This document shows, piece by piece, positions 1 to 8,682 of a stretch of 61,319 nt of DNA. The position numbers and the translations under genes are program-made. The DNA lies in IMG/VR virus record IMGVR_UViG_3300050821_006531. One strand, written 5' to 3'. The notes under the pieces are model-generated. The model was not told the DNA's origin. It saw only the letters and a program-made list of their open reading frames with translations, and did no database searches. Each line of letters begins with the position of its first letter. Position 1 is the stretch's first letter. Origin of the DNA: a virus.

Positions 1-150
1 CCAGGGCGCGTACCTCCAGGGCGCGTACCTCCGGGGCGCATACCTCCAGGGCGCGTACCTCCAGGGCGCGTACCTCCGGGGCGCATACCTCCAGGGCGCG
101 TACCTCCAGGGCGCGTACCTCCGGGGCGCGGACCTCCAGGGCGCGAAGGG
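1..150. repeat. 15-nt tandem repeat in a 45-nt super-period; this is the coding repeat of the pentapeptide gene
   Basis: Units ccagggcgcgtacct / ccggggcgcatacct are arranged AAB AAB AAC. Nt 1-37 are identical to nt 61283-61319. Confidence 0.95.
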
Positions 151-406
151 CATCACGCCCAAGGTGCTACAAATCGGCGGGTCAAGGGACTGGGTAATCG
201 TGCACAAGTACGGTCAAGTGCAAATTGGCTGCATGCAGGAAACACTTGAGTGGTGGGAAGATCACTACCGGGCGGTGGGAAGGAAGGAAGATTACACGGC
301 GGAAGAGGTGGAAGAGTACAGGGAACACATTGCAGCGTGTAGGAGGTTTATGGAGCGGTACGGGTTGTTGGTCGAACCAGCGGCAGAGCCGACGATGCCG
401 TGCTAG
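2..406 (+). CDS. Pentapeptide-repeat protein, C-terminal part; continues the ORF that leaves the window at 61319
   Basis: Frame 2 reads (QGAYL/RGAYL)n from nt 2, then GITPKVLQIGGSRDWVIVHKYGQVQIGCMQETLEWWEDHY..., with the stop at 404-406. There is no start codon at this edge. Confidence 0.85.
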   Translation, partial: QGAYLQGAYLRGAYLQGAYLQGAYLRGAYLQGAYLQGAYLRGADLQGAKGITPKVLQIGGSRDWVIVHKYGQVQIGCMQETLEWWEDHYRAVGRKEDYTAEEVEEYREHIAACRRFMERYGLLVEPAAEPTMPC

Positions 407-1362
407 TCCCCGCGCTTCTCCCACCCCCGCCTACACCCCGGCCTGTTTACACGCCAGACACCGTGGCCGCAGCTACAATAGCCAGCTTTGCCAGTGCCTC
501 AACACGTCGCAACTACAGCCGTGAGGTTGCCAGCTTCCTGACATTTGCCCGGTCCCGAGGCCCGGATGGGGGTAGAACGAGCCGAGATGGGGTCGGAGGT
601 AGTCTGGGTCCCCCCACCAGGGACAACGTAATGGCGTTTGTCGCAGCAAAACGCGAACAAGGGGCGAAAACGCAGACGTTAGCGGTGTCGATCGCCGCTG
701 TGAAAGCGTTCGCGCGGGAGTGCTGGGCTCGCGGGCTGCTGAGCGAGTTCGAGTACGTCGGCGTCGAGCGGCTCAGAGTCGAGCGCCAGCGCGGCGGCAC
801 GGTCGGCAATTGGCTCGACACGGAAGGGCTTGAGCGGCTGCTCCGCGCGGCCGGCACCACACTACACCCAGCGCGCGACCAAGCGCTCGTAGCTGTAATG
901 GTTGGCTGCGGGCTCAGACGCGCCGAAGTATGCGGGCTTGAGTGGGAACAGCTACGCCAGCGCGATAGCCGGTGGTGCCTGACGGACATACGCTCGAAAG
1001 CTCAGCGGGTCCGTACGGTGGCCGTGCCGGGGTGGGTCGCCCAGTACTTGCACGAGTACAGGCCCGAGGGCGCAGTCGGCAGCATGTTCCACGTAAAGCC
1101 GGGCCGGGTACACCAGCTACTACACGCACTGTGCATCAAGTGCGGCATGGAACCAATTGCCCCGCACGACCTGCGACGGACGTACGCGCGGCTGTGCCGG
1201 GCCGGGGGTGCAAGCCTCGAACACATCAGCAACCAGTTGGGTCACGCAAGCATTGCAGTGACTGAGCGGTATTTGGGGAGTGCGTTGGAGTTAAGGCCGG
1301 GGCTGGCGGCGGGCGACTACATACCTGTGCCAGACCCCAACCAGGAACAAGAAAGTGAGTAA
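400..1362 (+). CDS. int: Tyrosine recombinase / phage integrase
   Basis: The C-terminal catalytic region reads ...CGLRRAEV...HDLRRTYARLCRAGGASLEHISNQLGHASIAVTERYL (R..HxxR..Y). The N-terminus looks like a SAM-like domain. GTG start. Confidence 0.9.
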   Translation: MLVPALLPPPPTPRPVYTPDTVAAATIASFASASTRRNYSREVASFLTFARSRGPDGGRTSRDGVGGSLGPPTRDNVMAFVAAKREQGAKTQTLAVSIAAVKAFARECWARGLLSEFEYVGVERLRVERQRGGTVGNWLDTEGLERLLRAAGTTLHPARDQALVAVMVGCGLRRAEVCGLEWEQLRQRDSRWCLTDIRSKAQRVRTVAVPGWVAQYLHEYRPEGAVGSMFHVKPGRVHQLLHALCIKCGMEPIAPHDLRRTYARLCRAGGASLEHISNQLGHASIAVTERYLGSALELRPGLAAGDYIPVPDPNQEQESE

Positions 1363-1364
1363 AT

Positions 1365-1574
1365 TTGATGCCTGAAACCGAGACTTGGTATGAGATTCAG
1401 TACTTCCTGAGCGAGCTAAGCGGCTGGTCAAGCGCTGCCACGGGAGGTGCGAAAACACTCGAAGACGCCCGCGAAAGGCTTGCAGTGTTTCAATCCATGA
1501 AATCCGCCAAAGGACAGATCTTTCGCATTGTCAAGAAAACGACGACTTGGGAGGTAGTGGAGGCCCGGCGGTAA
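1365..1574 (+). CDS. Hypothetical small protein
   Basis: A 69-aa ORF directly after int, with balanced composition, ending inside a strong hairpin. Confidence 0.55.
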   Translation: MMPETETWYEIQYFLSELSGWSSAATGGAKTLEDARERLAVFQSMKSAKGQIFRIVKKTTTWEVVEARR

Positions 1575-1587
1575 GGGCCGGGCCTCC
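1559..1587. terminator. Bidirectional hairpin between convergent genes
   Basis: ggaggcccggc (1559-1569) pairs perfectly with gccgggcctcc (1577-1587) around a 7-nt loop. No clear U-tract. Confidence 0.55.
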
Positions 1588-1594
1588 GGGAGTG

Positions 1595-1957
1595 TCAGGA
1601 CGACGCAGGAAGCGACGGAGCGGCTGAGGGGGTAGTCTGAGCCCCCGGCGCGGGTTCAAGCGCTGCAATGGCGTTCAAAGCAGCAACAAGCTGGTCAATG
1701 CTTGCGGACAGGTGGGTCTGGTTCAGCCCCGGAACCTGGGCGTTCACGGCGGCCATGGCGGTTGCCTTTTTGACAGTACCCTGGCCACTGGTTGGGATCA
1801 GACCTTCAAGCGTGGCCACGGTGTTGAAGATTGTGGTGAAGGCTGTGCCAAAGCCGGGAATCAGCCCCGCGTACTGCACAAACGGCTGTGCGACCGTGAT
1901 TCCCTTCTTCACGTCGGTGTTGAGATGTTGGAAGAACGACAGGAAAGAGTTTGCCAT
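1595..1957 (-). CDS. Hypothetical protein with a Gly-rich hydrophobic segment
   Basis: The internal ATG at 1957 (MANSFLSFFQ...) lies 10 nt after the upstream stop. Contains YAGLIPGFGTAFTTIF. Confidence 0.5.
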   Translation of the reverse strand: MANSFLSFFQHLNTDVKKGITVAQPFVQYAGLIPGFGTAFTTIFNTVATLEGLIPTSGQGTVKKATAMAAVNAQVPGLNQTHLSASIDQLVAALNAIAALEPAPGAQTTPSAAPSLPASS

Positions 1958-1967
1958 GGGTAGCCCC

Positions 1968-2603
1968 TTAAGCTTTGGCAGCCAGTTTAGCGAGAGACGA
2001 AGCAATACTCGCATTGGAGTCCGAGAGGGTTTGGAGCAACGTGGTGTTGGTCGCATTCTGCTCCTGGACCAGCGCTGTGAGTTCGCCGAGCTGAATACTC
2101 ACGTTGTTCAGAGCGGACATGGCAGCGGCCGCGCTGATTGCTCCGCCGGCGACAGCGCCCGTGGTGTCGGTGATGCGGTTGGCAGGTACAGCACCCGCGC
2201 GGACATCGTCGCCCACGCCGGTCGTGACAGGGTTGCCTAGGTCATACGCTTGCTCGTAGGCCCACATGTCGGAATGGCGGGCGCGCATGGCGTCGATCTG
2301 AGCCAGCTTGACGCGAGTACCCTGCGAGCCGGCCATGTACTCGGCGTGGACTTTCTTCGAGAGCATGACCGACTCGTTGAGCGAGTCAACGCCAATGCGG
2401 CTCAGTTCGTCGAAGTGCGACTGCGAGCGCCGGGCGGCGGCGAGCCCGATGTCTTGGAACTCGTCAAACGTTCGCTTGGCGTTGAGTGCGTTCTTTTCGC
2501 TCTGGTCTTGGTAGAAGTCGGAGGTTGCCGCCATGACTGGGAAGGGCGGAGGCGGGGCAGCCGTGGTTCGAGTATCTGTGGTGCGGGTTTCTGTTTCGGG
2601 CAT
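1968..2603 (-). CDS. Hypothetical protein
   Basis: The ATG at 2603 (MPETETRTT...) is preceded by GGAGAA. The 5' extension of the track ORF looks non-coding. Confidence 0.6.
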   Translation of the reverse strand: MPETETRTTDTRTTAAPPPPFPVMAATSDFYQDQSEKNALNAKRTFDEFQDIGLAAARRSQSHFDELSRIGVDSLNESVMLSKKVHAEYMAGSQGTRVKLAQIDAMRARHSDMWAYEQAYDLGNPVTTGVGDDVRAGAVPANRITDTTGAVAGGAISAAAAMSALNNVSIQLGELTALVQEQNATNTTLLQTLSDSNASIASSLAKLAAKA

Positions 2604-2708
2604 TGTTGCAGGTTCTCCTGGGCCTAGAAGTAATTGCCGGTGTTGCGGAGCCAAGCGCACGGGCCTGAGCCTGAGAGACCGGAAGCGTATGCGAAGCTCC
2701 ACAGGGAA

Positions 2709-2726
2709 AAGTATAACCTAAAAACC
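2709..2726 (-). promoter_or_regulatory. Variant copy of the TAGGTTAAACT box
   Basis: The minus strand reads ggtttttaggttatactt, about 105 nt upstream of the 2603 start. Confidence 0.35.
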
Positions 2727-2784
2727 TTGACAGGTTGGTGTCAGGCGGGGACCGTCGCGGCCTCTGGACAACCCAAAAACAAAA

Positions 2785-3022
2785 AAGTGACGATCTTTTC
2801 CTTGCAACTTAAACATAACAAATCACAAGTGACAAAAAGGACGATTTTTTGGCCTTCCGTATACCTTTCCTGCGCGCGCGCGTATATGCAAGGGGCCATC
2901 TACTCTCTGTTCTAATAATCTTTTATACCTATGTCACTTATGTCACTTATATCACTTAGACTAGAAAAGAAAGGAGTTAGAAGGTGGAGGTTTGGTTTTT
3001 ACATATCCACCTTATGTCACTT
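2785..3022. repeat. Iteron cluster with core GTCACTT: candidate origin or integrase arm sites
   Basis: Tandem atgtcactt/atgtcactt/atatcactt at 2931-2957; tatgtcactt at 3013-3022; inverted aagtgac at 2785-2791 and 2827-2833. The surrounding sequence is AT-rich. Confidence 0.6.
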
Positions 3023-4231
3023 GGCTGATTTGCGATACCGTCGGTAGCCGTCCCTGCGGTAGAGTTCAAACCCGATCAAGGGGCTCCTGAGACAGTGGGA
3101 GATGATTCGTTCGTTTGAAAGATTGAGTTGGATGTTTTTAGGGAGTGCGGGGCACTGTTCGATGACTTCCCGGCTGGACACGTTGGTGAGTTTTTTGGCT
3201 TTGATCCATTCCGCGATTGGTTCAGTCCAGGGATGCTGACCGATGCGGGATTCCTGTTCCTTCTTTGCGGCCTGTTCCTCCCAGTCTTCGAGCCACCACA
3301 TGCCTACCGTGCGGTAGCGGTAGACGGCTTCGGCCCAAAGCTGGTCGCGGTCGCGGGCAAGACCGTCTATGTCCGCTTGGTCGGTGCAGCGCACAGGCCA
3401 GAAGCGTCGATTGCCGGTTGGGTCTACCAAGTACTCGTCTTCATTGGTGGTGCCGGCGAAGACACATTGGCGGGGAAAGCGTTCGGAGTATCGTCCATAC
3501 GGCGGTCGGTAGTGGTCCTCCACGCGACTGAAGAAAGCTTTGAGTGCTCCCAGGCCGCTGTTGCTCAAACTTTCCAATTCGGAATGTTCGATGATCCAGG
3601 CCCCGGCACACAGAATCGCCGAGTCCTTATTGCTCAAATCGTGGCCAATCATGTCAGAGAAGAATTCGTCGGAAGCGAGAGTGCGGAGGGCAGTGGACTT
3701 GCGGATACCCTGCGAGCCTTCCAGAATTAAGCAGTAATCAGCCTTGCATCCCGGCTTGAAGGCACGTGCCACGGCGCTCATGAGCCATTTATCGCCAACT
3801 GCCGAGGTAAAGTCTGTCAGGGGCACTTTGAGGTAGGTTTTGAGCCAACGTTCGTTCCGCACCACGCCATCCCAGGTAAGAGAACTGAGGTATTGACGCA
3901 CGGGGTGAAACCGGAACTGTTTGGAGGTGTCTTCGGCGGCCTGGCCAACGACGGACGTTGGGGCAAAAATTCTAAGGGAGTGGAACCATTTAGTGGCAAG
4001 TCCTACTTGGGTTGTGCCCCAGCGCTCGCCAGCGCAGCCGCTGGGACAATTTCGTTGGATGACTGTTGAGCGGCTCAGTTCGTTGTAAGTTAAAGCTCCG
4101 ATCCAGTCTGGAGACTCTTCAAACGCGAGAGCGCAGTTTCCGTAGATGGCTAAAGGTTTGGTTGGGTCACCGTTGACGCCTTGGAGTCGTTCTGTCCAGC
4201 GTGGTTCCGGGAACTCATGCAGCGTAGCCAC
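3017..4231 (-). CDS. VirE-family / P4-D5-type primase-helicase-like NTPase
   Basis: P-loop context ADYCLILEGSQGIRKSTALRTLA, then a VirE-like continuation ...FFSRVEDHYRPPYGRYSERFPRQCVFAGTTN. Confidence 0.75.
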   Translation of the reverse strand: MATLHEFPEPRWTERLQGVNGDPTKPLAIYGNCALAFEESPDWIGALTYNELSRSTVIQRNCPSGCAGERWGTTQVGLATKWFHSLRIFAPTSVVGQAAEDTSKQFRFHPVRQYLSSLTWDGVVRNERWLKTYLKVPLTDFTSAVGDKWLMSAVARAFKPGCKADYCLILEGSQGIRKSTALRTLASDEFFSDMIGHDLSNKDSAILCAGAWIIEHSELESLSNSGLGALKAFFSRVEDHYRPPYGRYSERFPRQCVFAGTTNEDEYLVDPTGNRRFWPVRCTDQADIDGLARDRDQLWAEAVYRYRTVGMWWLEDWEEQAAKKEQESRIGQHPWTEPIAEWIKAKKLTNVSSREVIEQCPALPKNIQLNLSNERIISHCLRSPLIGFELYRRDGYRRYRKSAK

Positions 4232-4439
4232 CCCGCGCCTCCTTGGATTGGGCGTGACCGCTCATGATAAGTCGGAGAACCTCGGGTTCATGGATACGCC
4301 AAATCTTACCCGAAAACTTCGTGGCAACGATTTTCCCTTCGCGGCACCAACGGTAAACAGTGTCAGGCCGGACTTGGAGCATCTTGGCAACTTGGTGTGG
4401 TGTGTAGTTTCTTAGGTATCGAGGTGTGGCTCTGGACAT
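4215..4439 (-). CDS. Excisionase/AlpA-type helix-turn-helix DNA-binding protein
   Basis: YTPHQVAKMLQVRPDTVYRWCREGKI is a typical HTH_17/Xis-like pattern. It overlaps the start of the VirE-like gene. Confidence 0.7.
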   Translation of the reverse strand: MSRATPRYLRNYTPHQVAKMLQVRPDTVYRWCREGKIVATKFSGKIWRIHEPEVLRLIMSGHAQSKEARGGYAA

Positions 4440-4501
4440 TCGACAAATCTATCACAACTCAACGCTTGAAAACACAAGTGGCAAACTGGGGCGTTTTGTG
4501 C

Positions 4502-4531
4502 TTGACAAGTTTAACCTAGAAAGTGTAAGAT
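4502..4531 (+). promoter_or_regulatory. Sigma70-like promoter for the ParB-like gene
   Basis: TTGACA (4502-4507), 18-nt spacer, TAAGAT (4526-4531). The GTG start at 4539 is only 7 nt further, so the mRNA may be leaderless. Confidence 0.45.
4508..4522 (-). promoter_or_regulatory. TAGGTTAAACT box, minus orientation
   Basis: The minus strand reads tttctaggttaaact, 67 nt upstream of the 4439 start. Confidence 0.45.
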
Positions 4532-4538
4532 CAATGTC

Positions 4539-5753
4539 GTGCTCACTCAGAAAAACCACCAGTTGTACCTTGCCCCGGACTCGCTTACGGCCAACGAAGC
4601 CAACGAAAAAGCGAGGCCCACCGAGACCCCGGACCAGCGAAAGGCCAGAGTCAAGACGATGGCTACGAGCATTGCGGATGCAGGCAAGCAACTGGTGCCC
4701 GTGCTGGTCGCCGAGGTGGACAACGGAGACGACACTTACTCGTACGAGTACGTGGACGGTGGGGCGAGAGTGGACGCTGTCAAGCTGATTCGCGAGCACC
4801 CGGACGACTTCGCGGACGGGCACGCCCCCGGCTGGGCCGCCAGCCTCGAAGTCTGGTGTGTGCTCGCGGACCCCGACGTGGACCTGTTCAGACAAGCGAT
4901 TGTCAGTAACTTGCACAGAACACAGAACTCGTTGCTGGACATGGCGAGCATTTGCAGGGAGGTGCGGGAGAGGAACGGGTGGAGCGGGCACGGGGCGCAG
5001 ACGAAGGTCGCCGGGTACCTGGGGCTGCTGCCGAGCCGGGTCAGCGAGTACGAGAAGTTGCTGATGGCCCCGAACTCGCTTGTGAGGCGCATTCAGTCTG
5101 GGGAAGTCCAAACGCTCGACGTGGCGCTCAGGCTCATGAGCCCGAGCATTCCAGAGGACAAGCGCGAGCAAGTGGCCGAGCGTGCAAGTGAGTTGGCTGC
5201 GGAAGAGGTTGAGGACACGGAGTTGGATGATCCAGAAGATATCCTGGCTGAGGACGCAGGTTTGACAATCATTACTCCCAAGACGTCAGACGAACCAGAC
5301 GGGCAGGCGGGAAATAGTCGCGCGGGTAAAACTGCTGCACAAGGGGGCTCTTCGAAGCCTGCCCCGAAGGCGGACAAGCCAAAACCAAAGCCCAAGGTCC
5401 AAGCCAAGCATGTACGTGAGGCCGCACGGGAGGTTGGCGTAAAGGGTGCGGTGACGGCCAGGACCAGAGACGAGATTGTGACTGGACTGGCCAAGCTGGG
5501 GGCGAAGGCCGGTACCAAAGGTCAGGTGCTCGTTTGGTTGGCAAAAGAATGGTGCACGGGACAGAAGTCCGACAAGGAAGCACTCCGTGTGGTGAACGCG
5601 GGACGCGCCGTCTTCTCCCCGGTCAAGCCCGCGCCCAAGAAGGCGTCAAAGCCAGCGAAGACCAAGAAGGCCGCGAAGCCGAAGAGAAAGGCGGCTAAGA
5701 AGTTAAATTCGAGATACGTAAAGCGTCCGCCAAGCAAGACGACGGCAACGTAA
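4539..5753 (+). CDS. ParB-like DNA-binding protein with a Lys/Ala/Pro-rich histone-H1-like tail
   Basis: YEYVDGGARVDAV (GxxR-like box) and IVSNLHRTQNSLLDMASICREV...LLPSRVSEYEKLL..IQSGEVQTLDVALRL (ParB HTH pattern). C-terminus: KPAPKKASKPAKTKKAAKPKRKAAKK. Confidence 0.6.
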   Translation: MLTQKNHQLYLAPDSLTANEANEKARPTETPDQRKARVKTMATSIADAGKQLVPVLVAEVDNGDDTYSYEYVDGGARVDAVKLIREHPDDFADGHAPGWAASLEVWCVLADPDVDLFRQAIVSNLHRTQNSLLDMASICREVRERNGWSGHGAQTKVAGYLGLLPSRVSEYEKLLMAPNSLVRRIQSGEVQTLDVALRLMSPSIPEDKREQVAERASELAAEEVEDTELDDPEDILAEDAGLTIITPKTSDEPDGQAGNSRAGKTAAQGGSSKPAPKADKPKPKPKVQAKHVREAAREVGVKGAVTARTRDEIVTGLAKLGAKAGTKGQVLVWLAKEWCTGQKSDKEALRVVNAGRAVFSPVKPAPKKASKPAKTKKAAKPKRKAAKKLNSRYVKRPPSKTTAT

Positions 5754-5985
5754 CACCGCCGATTTCCCTCCTGTCCAACTGTGAGGACGGCATGGTGCTC
5801 GGCGCGGCGCAGGGCACGTTTGCGCAGTGGGGTGAGGACGTGGACACAAATGGCTGAAAGTGCAAGCGAAGGCCTGGGCCGGGCGCGAGGACGTGGACTT
5901 TCTGGTGACGGAAGAAGAAGAAGAGGACCAGAGCAGGATTGTGGTCGCGCACGGGCCGCTGCCGCAACGAAAGATGTAAGCACAA

Positions 5986-6204
5986 ATGGGTATCGAAAAC
6001 GAACTCCGCTACTACGATGCTTTGAAGCAAATCACCAAGTACATGTCTGTCGAGAGTCTTCACAAGAACTCCCAGAGGGAGTATGGCCTGCCCCCACAAG
6101 AAGCTCTGGAGTATGCCTACGAAAACGTGATTGCTGACGCTCACATGGCAATTCGCGGGAGAAGCCGTCCCAAAGCGCCAGCTCTGGTAAAGAAAAGTGT
6201 TTAG
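5986..6204 (+). CDS. Hypothetical small protein
   Basis: A 72-aa ORF with an ATG start and protein-like composition. It overlaps the next start by 8 nt. Confidence 0.5.
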   Translation: MGIENELRYYDALKQITKYMSVESLHKNSQREYGLPPQEALEYAYENVIADAHMAIRGRSRPKAPALVKKSV

Positions 6205-7747
6205 CCCTCCCGAACTCGGCTTTCCCGAAAAGTTCCAAACCTTCCGCCCCGCGCAGGAAGAAGCAATACACCACGTACTCACGTCAGAGAAGCGCTTCGT
6301 TGGTATTGGAGCTCCTCCAGGCGTTGGTAAGACTGCTGTAGCGTTCGCGCTCGCGAAACTGCTGGGTGGTCGGACGGTCATTCTGACAGCCAACCTGGGC
6401 CTGGAGCGGCAGTACTTGAGCGAGCTGGGTTCGGCGGGGCTGGTTGGCATGCGTGGTCGAGCCAACTACGCTTGCTGGGAAGGGGGGTCGTGCGAGGACG
6501 GAGTGCGTTGGGGCTGCCGGGACCGCGCTGGCTGTCCGTACACGTCGGACCTCCGAGCCTTCAATGCAGCCAGTGTTGGCGTGACCAACTACGCCTGGTG
6601 GATGTCCGCACCAAAGATTGAAGAAGCTGACACACTAGTGTGCGACGAGTGCACCCAAGCCAGCGAATGGCTCTCCCGCGCACTCGACTACCGCATTACG
6701 GAGCGCGAGTGCCGGGAAGTCGGAGCCAAGCTCGCGCCCGTGCCCGGAGAGTCGCACGAGGAGTGGAAGGCGCTGGCCAGGCTGCTGCGCGAACGCTCGA
6801 ACTCGCGAATTACCGTGCTTAAGGCCAAGCTGAGTGACGCGCGCGGGTCCACGCGCGAACGTCTGGGCCGGGACCTCAAAGCAGCCGAGCGCCTGCACGA
6901 GAATGCAGGCAAGTTGAATGGCTTGGACGCAAACTGGGTTGTGACAGCGGACGAAGGGTCGGACGAAGGCCGGGCCTGGCGGTTCGAGTGTGTCTGGCCC
7001 GGACAGTTCCGGGAGAAGCTGTTTCGCTTCACGCCCCGCGTCGTGCTACTGAGCGCCACCTTGCGCCCCAAAACGCTCGAACTTTTGGGCATCAAACGCG
7101 CCGACTGTGACTTCCGCGAGTGGCCCCGGCAGTTCCCCCCAGCCAATGGACCCGTGCTGTGGGTGCCGACCGCCCGCGTCAAGCACTCGATGTCCACTGA
7201 AGACGAACAACGTTGGCTCAGACGCATTCGTGAAGTGTCGGACTGGGGCTCGTCCCGGCGCGGGTTGGTGCACACAGTGTCGTACGACCGGGCCAAGCAA
7301 ATTGCGAGTACGTTAGACCCTGCGCGAGTTGTATTGAACGGACGAGCCGACCCGGAGTCACTGACCGCCAGGAGGGCTTACGACAAATTCGTGAACGGCC
7401 CGGACAGTGGAGTTTTGGTTAGCCCCAGCTTTTCGACTGGCTGGGACTTTAAAGGTCGCCGGGGAGAGTGGCAGGTCATTGCTAAAATTGCATTCCCCGA
7501 CACACGGAGCAAGTTAATGCAGGTTCGTACGGACAAAGACCCCAGTTACCCAATGTACCTTGCGGCGCAGGAGCTGGTGCAGGGCAGCGGTAGAATTACC
7601 CGGAGTGAGCAGGACAGGGGAGTCACGCTAGTAGTTGACGACCAGATTGAGTGGTTCCAGCGCCGGGCGTCGGAGTACGTTCCGCGCTGGTTCCGCGTAA
7701 GACGGGAAACCGAGCTTCCAAAACTATTATCGCGCGCGGTAGATTGA
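6197..7747 (+). CDS. DinG/Rad3(XPD)-type SF2 helicase
   Basis: Walker A GAPPGVGKT. A Cys cluster ANYACWEGGSCEDGVRWGCRDRAGCPY lies between Walker A and the DECT (DEAH-like) box. Motif VI reads QGSGRITRS. Confidence 0.8.
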   Translation: MFSPPELGFPEKFQTFRPAQEEAIHHVLTSEKRFVGIGAPPGVGKTAVAFALAKLLGGRTVILTANLGLERQYLSELGSAGLVGMRGRANYACWEGGSCEDGVRWGCRDRAGCPYTSDLRAFNAASVGVTNYAWWMSAPKIEEADTLVCDECTQASEWLSRALDYRITERECREVGAKLAPVPGESHEEWKALARLLRERSNSRITVLKAKLSDARGSTRERLGRDLKAAERLHENAGKLNGLDANWVVTADEGSDEGRAWRFECVWPGQFREKLFRFTPRVVLLSATLRPKTLELLGIKRADCDFREWPRQFPPANGPVLWVPTARVKHSMSTEDEQRWLRRIREVSDWGSSRRGLVHTVSYDRAKQIASTLDPARVVLNGRADPESLTARRAYDKFVNGPDSGVLVSPSFSTGWDFKGRRGEWQVIAKIAFPDTRSKLMQVRTDKDPSYPMYLAAQELVQGSGRITRSEQDRGVTLVVDDQIEWFQRRASEYVPRWFRVRRETELPKLLSRAVD

Positions 7748-7773
7748 CCTTACGTGGATCAGGCAGGTAACCG

Positions 7774-7977
7774 ATGAGTAGACCTCTTAGAATCCCATGG
7801 TCCGCACTGGCTGAGTGCATAGCCGAGCGTGAATACTTGAAAGAAACTGTCAGGGAGTTGACGGAGGTGCTACGCCGAGCCAGCGGCTATCTGGTATTGA
7901 TGCCTAGCGAGGAGTTTGCGCAATTACGGGCGGACGCCAGCGCCGCCATCCTCAAGGGAGAGCAGGCAACGAAATGA
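7774..7977 (+). CDS. Hypothetical protein
   Basis: A 67-aa ORF, ATGA-coupled to the next gene. Confidence 0.5.
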   Translation: MSRPLRIPWSALAECIAEREYLKETVRELTEVLRRASGYLVLMPSEEFAQLRADASAAILKGEQATK

Positions 7978-8243
7978 GCGAATACACAAAAGGACCTTGG
8001 TCCGTGGAGTGTATGTGGTTCGTCAGAACGGATGGATGCACGATAGCTGAGGTTCGTAGCGCCAACACGCCAATCGGGGCGGCGAATGCGCAGTTGATAT
8101 CGGCGGCTCCTGATCTGGTGGAGGCGCTGCAAGATGCTGTCCGCCTGCTGGATCGTGCGCCTATGATCTACCCGTACAATAACGAATCAGACGATGTGCG
8201 CGTCAAGGCCCGCGCCGCGCTCAAGAAGGCAGGTGTGCTGTGA
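7974..8243 (+). CDS. Hypothetical phage protein (KGPW...ANAQLISAAPDLVEAL type)
   Basis: I recognise the motif KGPW...NAxLIxAAPDLxEAL from many small phage proteins. Its function is unknown. Confidence 0.6.
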   Translation: MSEYTKGPWSVECMWFVRTDGCTIAEVRSANTPIGAANAQLISAAPDLVEALQDAVRLLDRAPMIYPYNNESDDVRVKARAALKKAGVL

Positions 8244-8464
8244 CAGAGCGAATGAAGCAGTCCATATCGGCATCCGCCAGTCCACGCACGGACAAACAAC
8301 GTCTCGACTGGTGGGAGAAACAGAAGGGCTGGGTTTCGTGGCGAAACAAATCGTGGCGGTGGGTCGGGCACCTCGAACTGGTTCCATTAAAGGTCGATAA
8401 GTCGTGGCCGACCTTTGAAACCGCCCGTGAAGCCATAGATTGGGCGATGGAGCATGACAAATGA
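8240..8464 (+). CDS. Hypothetical protein
   Basis: A 74-aa ORF, translationally coupled. Confidence 0.5.
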   Translation: MTERMKQSISASASPRTDKQRLDWWEKQKGWVSWRNKSWRWVGHLELVPLKVDKSWPTFETAREAIDWAMEHDK

Positions 8465-8682
8465 AAAAGCGGAAAACAATACCCAAGTACATTCTTCGAG
8501 CCTGCCGAGGGCGACTTGGCGTAGAGGACAATGATAACGACATATCGAGGGATGCGGATATATTGGCAATGCCGCCGCGTAAAATCGTGGAACTGTACTA
8601 TGGGTGGACGCTCGGCGACGGATCTTGGAGCGATAGCATCATTGACGTAATCAACGCGGTATATGGAATCAAACTTAAATGA
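8461..8682 (+). CDS. Hypothetical protein
   Basis: A 73-aa ORF with ATGA coupling at both ends. Confidence 0.5.
   Translation: MKKRKTIPKYILRACRGRLGVEDNDNDISRDADILAMPPRKIVELYYGWTLGDGSWSDSIIDVINAVYGIKLK

Noticed and set aside
1-150. Regular 15-nt repeats at both window ends could be mistaken for a CRISPR array or terminal repeats.
   Set aside because: There are no spacers. The period is 15 nt, and the repeats translate in one frame into A(Y/D)LxG pentapeptide repeats inside an ORF that has a start (60948) and a stop (406).
5781-6137. A 118-aa Arg-rich ORF in the gap after the ParB-like gene, and a possible 39-codon GTG ORF at about 5857-5979.
   Set aside because: The first runs through the better-supported 5986..6204 gene in another frame. 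The second has no RBS and is too short to support from sequence alone.
5695-6465. A 256-aa minus-strand ORF, plus similar long shadow ORFs at 4452..5171, 55295..56041, 56673..57611 and 35728..36354.
   Set aside because: Each lies opposite a motif-bearing or well-contextualised gene. Each has a Pro/Arg/Ser-rich product and no coupling to neighbouring genes.
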